Source: Macrostomum lignano (lineage: Eukaryota). From it: a stretch of 64,000 bases of DNA. The stretch is from positions 62,001 to 126,000 of the forward strand of contig NIVC01002514.1 in NCBI GenBank assembly GCA_002269645.1. Reading direction: 5' to 3'. Made by a program: the position numbers and the translations under genes. Positions within the stretch are counted from its first letter, which is position 1. Every line of letters starts with the position of its first letter. The notes below the pieces were generated by a model. The model was not told where the DNA came from. It saw only the letters and a program-made list of their open reading frames with translations, and searched no databases. Shown piece by piece: positions 13,222 to 24,281 of the stretch.

Positions 13222-13879
13222 GTGACTGAGTGATCGAGTTTCTGCAAGTGGATTACCAGAATTAACACTTAACAGACGTCGAGTTGGTCGCGTTTAATAA
13301 ATTTTCACAGAAAAATGGCATTAGCTATCCGTTCAAACATTGTGTTGGCTGATGATTTTTGCCAAAGTGTAGCGATGTCCTTCCTAGTCCAGAAGTCTTT
13401 GATTTCATCATGTGACTGCTTTCGCGTTCATAACTATCCATGCCACCTTATCTTTGCATCAGTCAGCGTGAATGAATAAGTGTGGAATGAATAATTGTCG
13501 ATTGACGCTTTTATGTAGATATGAAATTTGTACCACCAGACCGTAAATTTGGGTAAGTTTATGGTTCTTATCTTTTCGATTTCACATTGCGGGGTCAAGA
13601 GGGTCATTATCAATTTACGAGTTAATCATTTAGTCTGTTTTTTATTTTATAGCTTTATCACATAATTTCTCTGTGCCCAGAGTTTCCATCAATTCAGTTG
13701 AATTATCGATTGATTTCTTATCTGCTCTTATTTCTCGAATTTTCCAATAGCTAGTTATCAAACCATGATTGTTATCAGCAATCCTTGCCTATTTCTCAAT
13801 CCCAATTATTTAAATTACCGTTGCTCAAAAAAGTCATTCCTGCACTCAAAAACTGCACGCCCAGTCAATCGCTAATGAT

Positions 13880-14166
13880 TTCTCAGCATTCGCCGATTCT
13901 CGTTTCGCCGAAATTAATTTCATAACCATCTGGACATTAGATCATCGACCTCCTATCATACATATATACCACTGGCTATAGACTTTTTACTATAGACTAT
14001 GCAGAAGGAAGAATTCTTAATTTTAACTTAATTTTTCAAGCCATAGACATCTAAATCACATTTGCATTAGTGTAGTTGTCTATGGTCTAATGTCCAGATG
14101 GTTATGAAATTAATTACGGCGAAACGAGAATCGGCGAAACGAGAATCGGCAAAATGAGAGGTACCC
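13880..14166. mobile_element. Short palindromic derivative of the MULE/Foldback family at 14590-15729; left end truncated
   Basis: Right end gagaggtaccc and inner TIR blocks (cataaccatctggaca / tgtccagatggttatg) shared with the larger element; no TSD found. Confidence 0.75.
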
Positions 14167-14589
14167 AATTTTAAGAGAATTGGTTGAACTGTCTTTATAA
14201 AAATCAACCACACAAGTACACACCCAGATGAAGTGCTAGATTAGTATAGATATTGACGGTTGGATGGAACCGTGACAAACTGTTTTTTTATGAACTGTCG
14301 CGACTTTCTTTAGTCATTTCTTCAGTTCAGCTGCACTTGTCTCTGTTTACTCTGTTTTCTCTCCCTGTGTCTAATTTAATCTTGTTATTTCTTATCTCTC
14401 TCCCTCGCTGCCTTCTGATTGGCTCTTCAATCTCGCCTCTTTCCTAATCGAGCACTCCACCCACCCCTCCTTTTCTTGCTTGCACTCAACCAATAACCAC
14501 CCCCTCTATCATTTAGACTTGTGTCGCATTTAAAGACTGTATTAAGGGAGAACAAAGCAATAAGCTTGATGAAAGAAAACAGACCACAA

Positions 14590-15729
14590 GGGTACCTCTC
14601 ATTTCGCCGATTCTCATTTCGCCGATTCTCGTTTCGCCGATTCTCGTTTCGCCGATTCTCGTTTCGCCGAATCTCATTTCGCCAATTCTCGGTTCGCCGA
14701 CATTCTCATTTCGCTGATTCTCATTTCGCCGACATTATCATTTCGCCGATTCTCGTTTCGCCGACATTCTCATTTCGCCGATTCTCGGTTCGCCGAAATT
14801 AGTTTCATAACCATCTGGACAATAGACCATAGACAACTACACTAATGCAAGTGTGATTTAGATCTCTATGGCTTGAAAAAAAGTTAAAATTAGGAATTCT
14901 TCCTTCTGTATAGTCTATGGTAATCCTTCTGCATAGTCTATGGTAAAAAGTCTATAGCCAGTGGTATATATGTATGGTAGAAGGACAAGGAGGTTGAGGA
15001 ATAACATCCAACTTTCATGCAAACGCACCATGGCTCAAGCAGCACTACAATTAGCTACTTTTGTCCCAAGTTCGCGTGGAGGGCAGCTGCTTCACATTAT
15101 GGGATATTATCAGAGTTCGGCTATCAGCAGAGCTCTGGAAAAGCGACAGAAAATTGTCGGTAGAGACTCTGACATTCCAGCGGTACGCAACAACCCGCAG
15201 ACGGTTGCGAGAAGACAGGAGTTTGCCGAATGGCTCACGAGCGTTTGGACCAAATTGATGCTTGTTGGACCAAATTAAATGCTGCTGTGCCAGCCTTGCT
15301 ACCATAGACAAAAGCTCCGTTACATTGGCAAACGTATCTTGGATTAAATTAAATGCCCGTAAGCCCAAATGGGCTGCAAAAAGCTATATTACCAATACAA
15401 TCAATACTTTATTTTTCAAGCCATAGACATCTAAATCACACTTGCATTAGTGTACGAGCGTAGTTGTCTATTGTCTAATGTCCAGATGGTTATGAAACTA
15501 ATTTCGGCGAACCGAGAATCGGCGAAATGAGAATGTCGGCGAAACGAGAATCGGCGAAATGATAATGTCGGCGAAATGAGAATCGGCGAAATGAGAATGT
15601 CGGCGAACCGAGAATCGGTACAATGAGAATGTCGGCGAACCGAGAACCGGCGAAATGAGAATGTCGGCGAAACGAGAATCGGCGAAACGAGAATCGGCGA
15701 AACGAGAATCGGCGAAATGAGAGGTACCC
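14590..15729. mobile_element. Non-autonomous Mutator-like/Foldback DNA transposon with ~300-bp TIRs
   Basis: Starts gggtacctctcatttcgccg and ends cggcgaaatgagaggtaccc. TIRs are built of 15-bp subrepeats. Exact 9-bp TSD agaccacaa at 14581-14589 and 15730-15738. Confidence 0.92.
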
Positions 15730-15889
15730 AGACCACAACTGAACTGACAACAGATAATAAAGAAGATTAGCAGAAGCGGGTCAGTGAAATGAAGCGCCTT
15801 GTCTACGCCTTCGGATTGTTGACCGAGTTGAGCAGCTCCTAGATGAACAGAACACCTGGAATAGGTATGGTAAGCCAGGCCAAGATCCT

Positions 15890-16080
15890 GTGAAACGTGG
15901 ATTACTCGTATTTTCATCAGCGTAGCGCAAATGACATTCCGGGGTCAGATGAGTCAGCACTGGGCGAATTCCTGCCCCCGTGATATGTTCTCTGGCAAGT
16001 TCCGAACCGCCGGCATGTCCGCATATCTTCCCAGGCACTTCAAAGTGATTAACTGCTTGTCTAGGCTTTTGCTTATTGCT
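15890..16080 (-). pseudogene. Degenerate IS630/Tc1-like transposase fragment
   Basis: Manual translation AISKSLDKQLITLKCLGRYADMPAVRNLPENISRGQEFAQC*; after a frameshift HLRYADE, resembling the first catalytic YxDE motif; stops present. Confidence 0.55.
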
Positions 16081-17199
16081 CACTAGAAATCATATTCATA
16101 ATATCAATCCTACGCAGTCCCAAAAATTATCAATGTTCTGAACTACCGTATAATACATTGAATGGATAGAGTAATTAGATCTAAAAAAGAGAAAACACAA
16201 GCATAGAAGTTGCCTAGCTAATTACGACAACGAGTAACTTCATGGTATAAGCTCAAGGTCCTCATCAAAAAAGGTCCTCACCGCCCCGGCCCTCAGTTTG
16301 ATCAGTAATGCGCCCCTCTAGTGTAAATGATGGCGCCCCTCTATAGTTAGTGTACGAGCTATATATGACAGCGCGCCTCTATGTTAAGTATGGCGTTCCT
16401 CTCTTACGGTTAAAATCCGCCATCCCTGATTTTATATTTCTAAATCCGCCTCTGAACTGAAGTAGTCAAGCTAGACGATAAAGAGACCTTCTGTCTTAAT
16501 TCCAATTGCCAAATTGCTGCAGAGTTTGCCAACACAGAGGGGAGGGCAGTGGTTAGAATTTCTCACTAAACTGTTATGGCTAAATGTAGCCTCTCCACTC
16601 TCGGGGTGCAGAGAAGGCTATAAAAAAAGTTATTCCAAAACACTGTACGTTGCCATGTCCATTCGGCCCTTATCGCCTGACCCTTGGTCTGGTTTCTGGG
16701 GAATGAGTGAGTGAGTGGCACAAACAACAGAAAAAGCAGACAAACTTCACATGCTTACAGTTTCTGTTCTGATTGGGTTACAGAGTTGAAACTTTACATT
16801 TTGACAGAGAATGAGTCAATAAAGAATTGTGTCAAGTTTGAAGTCAATCGCTTTACGTGGAGCAAACTTATGGCAGCTGAAAGTTAGTCAATTTTGAAAC
16901 CCTTTTACACATCTGGGCCCAGATCGGGAGAGAGGCAGGCGAGCGGAGGTTGGGGTGGCTGCCTTGCTGAAAAAAACAGCAGCCCATTTGCGCGGACTAG
17001 TTATTAGTTGTTGTCTTGAAGAAGCCACACACGATGATTGTAGCGATGGTATGCGAGTCTGGCTCGTCTTAAATATGATCAGCTCTGATCTTTCTCGTTT
17101 TATTATCCCCAAGCTCATCGACTTGGATTGCTTCACGACCTGTAGCCATAGCTTTTTATTAGTCTATGGCTCGACGTGGCTATTCGTACGTAGCAATAA

Positions 17200-20100
17200 T
17201 CTTAATACTAAAACTGGTGCGATGTTTGTTTGTGTGTTGCAATTTTTCTCCTAGACTACTGGCAAGTCAGCGTTGAAACTTATATGGGAAAACTGCAAAT
17301 TTTCCGGATTGGGTTTATAGCTATTTTACTCTTTCATTTTTACATTTTAAGATCCCTAAAAAAGCAGAAAACTGTTTTTTTAACCCTCAATAACCTTCTT
17401 TGGCCACTCTGCCTGGGGCTGCAGCCAGTTTGTAAAAATAGCCACCCCAACCTCCGCCCGCGGGTCGCTGTGTTTTTGGGGGGGGGGTGAGTGCGCGTGT
17501 TCCGCGTTCAATGCAAACCCCCCCCGCGTGTTAGGGGTTCAATTAAATTTAACGATTCCCCCGGAATGGGGGTTGGGCTTGGGCTGAGTGTACATAGAAG
17601 TTGTACAGTGTAAGGAGATAGCTAGGACTGTGTCGAGATTTAATTGGTTTTATTATCGGCGCCATTCAATAGGCAGCCATGTGTATTTGCTGGGCAGTAA
17701 AATTCATTGAATAAACTTGCGAGCCTCTTTAGCAGGCAGTGAACGTACACTCGATACTTCAATGCTTTAAATCAGGAAATTTCAAACGCTAACTGTTCCT
17801 CAAGTTTTACACTTTCAGAGGAGAGACTTACATTGCTGGAAAGATCTTGCAACGCTGAGTTCGGGGATATAAGTTGTTTGCTTTAAATGTGAAAACAAAA
17901 AGCACAGCATTTAAAAAACGATTTCCATACTTTTAACTTTCTGCAGTGTTACTCATTTTGGAGTTCAATGGGGGTTCGACCAACCCCCGAACAGTTGGTG
18001 GGAGGGGAGGGGCGGTTCAACTTTTAATTGCCACTGCGGAAGGGGGTCAGTCGCTGTGTATTGAAGGGTTGATTTAGTTTGCGCAATCTTTTTGTTAACT
18101 TTTACCGAGACTGATACTGACTGACTGTGAAATCGGTTGCGCATTCAATGAATTTAATTGGTTCAATTTTTTATCGGCGCCTTTCAACACGCTGCTGCGT
18201 TGTAGCTCTAACCCTAACCCTAACCCTAACCACTAAATCCTGAGAGTTGATTCTTTTTGACGGAGAAAATTTCGATTCAGTCCAGTTTTAAGGAGAGAAT
18301 TTCTGTTTCGCGGAGACGATTTTGATGGATGTCAGTTTCACGCAGAGGATTTCCATGAAGTCCAGTTTAACGGAGAGGATTTCTGTTTCTCGGAGAGGAT
18401 TTTGATGAATGTCAGTTTCACGGAGAGGTTTTTGATGGAGTTATCTTTTACGGAGAGGATTTCGATGATGTTCAGTTTCGCGGAGAGGAGTTGGATGATG
18501 GGATTCAGGGAATGGCATTTCAGGGAATGGAGTTCCGGTGATGGGAATTCTTCCCCTTTCTCCTCCAGAGGAGGAGTTGGCCTCGTCTTAATACTAAAAG
18601 TGGTGCGATGTTTGTTTGTGTGTTGCAATTTTTCTCCTAGACTACTGGCAAGTCAGCGTTGAAACTTATATGGGAAAACTGCAAATTTTCCGGATTGGGT
18701 TTATAGCTATTTTACTCTTTCATTTTTACATTTTAAGATCCCTAAAAAAGCAGAAAACTGTTTTTTTAACCCTCAATAACCTTCTTTGGCCACTCTGCCT
18801 GGGGCTGCAGCCAGTTTGTAAAAATAGCCACCCCAACCTCCGCCCGCGGGTCGCTGTGTTTTTGGGGGGGGGGGTGAGTGCGCGTGTTCCGCGTTCAATG
18901 CAAACCCCCCCCGCGTGTTAGGGGTTCAATTAAATTTAACGATTCCCCCGGAATGGGGGGTTGGGCTTGGGCTGAGTGTACATAGAAGTTGTACAGTGTA
19001 AGGAGATAGCTAGGACTGTGTCGAGATTTAATTGGTTTTATTATCGGCGCCATTCAATAGGCAGCCATGTGTATTTGCTGGGCAGTAAAATTCATTGAAT
19101 AAACTTGCGAGCCTCTTTAGCAGGCAGTGAACGTACACTCGATACTTCAATGCTTTAAATCAGGAAATTTCAAACGCTAACTGTTCCTCAAGTTTTACAC
19201 TTTCAGAGGAGAGACTTACATTGCTGGAAAGATCTTGCAACGCTGAGTTCGGGGATATAAGTTGTTTGCTTTAAATGTGAAAACAAAAAGCACAGCATTT
19301 AAAAAACGATTTCCATACTTTTAACTTTCTGCAGTGTTACTCATTTTGGAGTTCAATGGGGGTTCGACCAACCCCGAACAGTTGGTGGGAGGGGAGGGGC
19401 GGTTCAACTTTTAATTGCCACTGCGGAAGGGGGTCAGTCGCTGTGTATTGAAGGGTTGATTTAGTTTGCGCAATCTTTTTGTTAACTTTTACCGAGACTG
19501 ATACTGACTGACTGTGAAATCGGTTGCGCATTCAATGAATTTAATTGGTTCAATTTTTTATCGGCGCCTTTCAACACGCTGCTGCGTTGTAGCTCTAACC
19601 CTAACCCTAACCCTAACCACTAAATCCTGAGAGTTGATTCTTTTTGACGGAGAAAATTTCGATTCAGTCCAGTTTTAAGGAGAGAATTTCTGTTTCGCGG
19701 AGACGATTTTGATGGATGTCAGTTTCACGCAGAGGATTTCCATGAAGTCCAGTTTAACGGAGAGGATTTCTGTTTCTCGGAGAGGATTTTGATGAATGTC
19801 AGTTTCACGGAGAGGTTTTTGATGGAGTTATCTTTTACGGAGAGGATTTCGATGATGTTCAGTTTCGCGGAGAGGAGTTGGATGATGGGATTCAGGGAAT
19901 GGCATTTCAGGGAATGGAGTTCCGGTGATGGGAATTCTTCCCCTTTCTCCTCCAGAGGAGGAGTTGGCCTCGTCTTAATACTAAAAGTGGTGCGATGTTT
20001 GTTTGTGTGTTGCAATTTTTCTCCTAGACTACTGGCAAGTCAGCGTTGAAACTTATATGGGAAAACTGCAAATTTTCCGGATTGGGTTTATAGCTATTTT

Positions 20101-23100
20101 ACTCTTTCATTTTTACATTTTAAGATCCCTAAAAAAGCAGAAAACTGTTTTTTTAACCCTCAATAACCTTCTTTGGCCACTCTGCCTGGGGCTGCAGCCA
20201 GTTTGTAAAAATAGCCACCCCAACCTCCGCCCGCGGGTCGCTGTGTTTTTGGGGGGGGGGTGAGTGCGCGTGTTCCGCGTTCAATGCAAACCCCCCCCGC
20301 GTGTTAGGGGTTCAATTAAATTTAACGATTCCCCCGGAATGGGGGGTTGGGCTTGGGCTGAGTGTACATAGAAGTTGTACAGTGTAAGGAGATAGCTAGG
20401 ACTGTGTCGAGATTTAATTGGTTTTATTATCGGCGCCATTCAATAGGCAGCCATGTGTATTTGCTGGGCAGTAAAATTCATTGAATAAACTTGCGAGCCT
20501 CTTTAGCAGGCAGTGAACGTACACTCGATACTTCAATGCTTTAAATCAGGAAATTTCAAACGCTAACTGTTCCTCAAGTTTTACACTTTCAGAGGAGAGA
20601 CTTACATTGCTGGAAAGATCTTGCAACGCTGAGTTCGGGGATATAAGTTGTTTGCTTTAAATGTGAAAACAAAAAGCACAGCATTTAAAAAACGATTTCC
20701 ATACTTTTAACTTTCTGCAGTGTTACTCATTTTGGAGTTCAATGGGGGTTCGACCAACCCCGAACAGTTGGTGGGAGGGGAGGGGCGGTTCAACTTTTAA
20801 TTGCCACTGCGGAAGGGGGTCAGTCGCTGTGTATTGAAGGGTTGATTTAGTTTGCGCAATCTTTTTGTTAACTTTTACCGAGACTGATACTGACTGACTG
20901 TGAAATCGGTTGCGCATTCAATGAATTTAATTGGTTCAATTTTTTATCGGCGCCTTTCAACACGCTGCTGCGTTGTAGCTCTAACCCTAACCCTAACCCT
21001 AACCACTAAATCCTGAGAGTTGATTCTTTTTGACGGAGAAAATTTCGATTCAGTCCAGTTTTAAGGAGAGAATTTCTGTTTCGCGGAGACGATTTTGATG
21101 GATGTCAGTTTCACGCAGAGGATTTCCATGAAGTCCAGTTTAACGGAGAGGATTTCTGTTTCTCGGAGAGGATTTTGATGAATGTCAGTTTCACGGAGAG
21201 GTTTTTGATGGAGTTATCTTTTACGGAGAGGATTTCGATGATGTTCAGTTTCGCGGAGAGGAGTTGGATGATGGGATTCAGGGAATGGCATTTCAGGGAA
21301 TGGAGTTCCGGTGATGGGAATTCTTCCCCTTTCTCCTCCAGAGGAGGAGTTGGCCTCGTCCTAATACTAAAACTGACGCGATGTTTGTCTGTCTGTATGT
21401 CTGTCTGTCTGTATGTAGCAAGTGAACTCCTACAATTCTGCCAAGTCAGCGTTGAAACTTATTTGGGAAAACTGCAAATTTTCCGGAGCAGGCTTTAGGC
21501 TATTTTAATTTTTAATTTTCACATTTTAACGTCCCTAAAAAAGCAGAAAACTGCTTTTTTAACCCCCAATAACCTTCTTTGGCTACTCTGCCTGGGGCTG
21601 AAGCCAGTTTGTAAAAATAGCCACCCCAACCTCCGCCCGCGGGCCGCTGTGTATTGAGGGGTGGTTGGTGCGAGTGGAAATAAAACCCCCCGCGTGTTGG
21701 GGGGTTCAGTTAAATTTAATGCTTCCCCCAGAACGGGGGGTTGGGCTTGGGCTGAGTGTACATAGCAGTTGTACAGTGTAAACAGATAGATAGGAGTCAG
21801 GACTGTGTCGAGATTCAATTGGTTTTATTATTGGCGCCTTTTTTCTCCATAGGCAGCCCTGTGTATTAGTTTGGCAGTGAAATTCAATGAATTGCGAGCT
21901 TCTCTAGCAAGCAGTCGGGAAATCGGTAAATTTCAAACGCTAACTGTTCCTCGAGTTTTAAACTTTGAGAGGAGAGACTTATATTGCTGGAAAGATCTTG
22001 CAACGCTGAGTTCGGGGATATAAATTGTTTGCTTTAAATATGAAAAGAAAAAGCACAGCATTTGAAAAACTATTTCCATACTTTTAACTTTCTGCAAAGA
22101 TTGTACTCAGTTTTGCGAGACGTAATAGATAAAGTTGGGGGAGGGTTCAACTTCTCACTGCTGCTGTGTATTGGAGGGTTGATTTAGATTGCGCAATGTT
22201 TTTGCTAACTTTAACTGAGACTGATACTGACTGACTGACTGTGAAATCGGTTGCGCAATGAATTGATTCAATTAGTTCAATATTTTCATCAGTGCCTTTT
22301 AACACGAAGCTAGCTGTGTGTAGTTCTAACCCTAACCCTAACCCTAACCCTAACCAATGAATCCGGAGAGTTGAGTTGTTTGGCGGAAAAGATTCGATTG
22401 AGTCCAGTTTAGCGGAGACGATTTCAATGTTTTAATTTTGACGGAGAGGATTTCTGTTTCGTGGAGAGGATTTCGATGGTGTTCAGTTTCACGGAGAGGA
22501 TTTCGATGATGTTCAGCTTCACGGAGAGGATTTCTGTTTCGCGGAGATAATTTATGATTGAGTTCTGTTTTATGGAGACAATTTTGATGGATTTAAGTTT
22601 CAAGGAGATGATTTCGAAGGAGTCCAGTTTCACGGAGCGGATTTCGACGGTTTTCAGTTGCACGGACAGGATTTCTGCTTCGCGGAGAGCATCTTGATGG
22701 ATTTGGCATCTTCAATCAGTCAGAGAAGAGAGTAAAGAGAAGAATGAAAAGAGAAGAGAGATTAGATGATAGAAAACAGAGTAGAAATGAGTGGAGAGAT
22801 TAGACATGACAGATGGGAGAGAAAAGGGGAGTAAGGCGAGAACGAAGGAGAGAGAAGAGAAGAGGAGAGAGGAGATGAGATGGGAGATATGAGATAGCAG
22901 AGAGAGACAAGAGAGATGATAGGAGAGAGAATAGATGAGGGATAAGAGCGTACAGAGGAAATAGAAGAGAGGGGAGAGTAGAGGAGAAAGAAAGAGTGAG
23001 ATGAGGAGATGAGAGATGAGAGAGGAGGGGAGAGAGGAGAGAGAAGAGAGGAGAAAAGAGGGGAGACAGGAGACAGGAGAGAGTAGAGACAAAAGACCAG

Positions 23101-23725
23101 GGAGAAGATATAAATAAGGTAGTAGAGATGAGAGGAGAGAGAGGAGAGAGAAGCGAAAGGAGAAGAGAGAGAGGAGAGAGGAGAGAGATGAAAGATCAGA
23201 GATGAGAGAGTTAAGAGAGGAAAGTAGTGAGGAGAGGAGAGGAGAGATGAGAGATGCGATGAGAAGAGATGAGTGAGAACATAAGAGAGAAGAGATTAGA
23301 GATTAGAGAAGAGAGGGGAGAAGATGAAAGGAGCAGGGAGAGGAAAAAAAGAGAAGTGAGAGAGAGAGGGTTAAGAGAGACGATAGATAAGTGAGTAGAG
23401 ATGACATATGAGAGAGGAGAGAAGAAGGAGAGATAAGAGAGAAGAGACGGGACAAGAGACAGGAGAGGGTACAGACGAAAGACGAGGGAGAAGAGATAAA
23501 TAAGGGAGTAGGGGTAGAGATGAGATAAGAGAGAGGAGAGAGAAGAGAGTCAAGAGAGAGGAGAAAAGTTTTGTAAAGGTCTTTGAAAAGTTTTGTAAAG
23601 AATTTGGAGACGATTTGGAAGATAGGGTTCAAAACGTGGAATTTCAGTTGATGGATATTTCAGGGAATGGAATTCCGGTGATGGGAGTTCTTCCCCTTTC
23701 TTCTCCGAAGGAGGAGTTGGCCTCG
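17200..23725 (+). mobile_element. Head-to-tail array of four non-autonomous Helitron-like elements
   Basis: Units 17200-18585, 18586-19972, 19973-21358 (1386-1387 bp, near-identical) and a diverged unit 21359-23725. Each starts TC(t/c)taatactaaaa with a tttgt-type microsatellite. Each ends with a hairpin (ctcctcc-aga-ggaggag; variant in unit 4) then ttggcCTCG. The array lies between host A (17199) and T (23726) with no TSD. Confidence 0.8.
22710..23565. repeat. GA-rich low-complexity tract inside Helitron-like unit 4
   Basis: Nearly pure purine (gaga/gagga) tract absent from units 1-3. Confidence 0.9.
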
Positions 23726-24281
23726 TAATAAATAAAACTCTGCCTTTATACTTAAGGCTAGTATGCAGCATTAGTCTTAGTTTTTGATACATGTATTTAC
23801 TCGTAAAAAAATGCACTAAACACATTGAGACTGCTTGGAGAAGCTGATCTGGTGTATGAGTTTCGCTGATTTTATTGGTTTCAACTATGTGCATATCGAA
23901 TACAAATAGTGGTTATAGTGCAAGCTGGTAAGCTGGGTGCTTTTACATATGTTGCTCGCTTGAAGTTTAGTTCAACTGAAGAAAGAGCGATTCGCTAAGC
24001 TACAATATCGAATATATAATAAAAAATAATGCAACTGCTTGGGAACTCTTACTTAGTAGCTAAATGTAAGAAACGCAAAAAGATTGGCTTGCTTCCTAAA
24101 ATGCATCGATGCTTAAAAGCACAATGCTACAATATGAATTTGAAATCCTGTGCCGAGTTAAATTCTATTTAATTAACTACACTTGCTAACCAAATTAAAG
24201 AACTAAAGTACTGTCACGCTGCTGTGGATCATTTGTCGACTTCTGAGCAGCATCTGTGGAGTTCCTTAACTAAACGCAGGA

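Noticed and set aside
17230-21498. Repeated 64-107-aa ORFs in the 1.39-kb units
   Set aside because: No recognisable domain or codon signal; identity reflects element duplication
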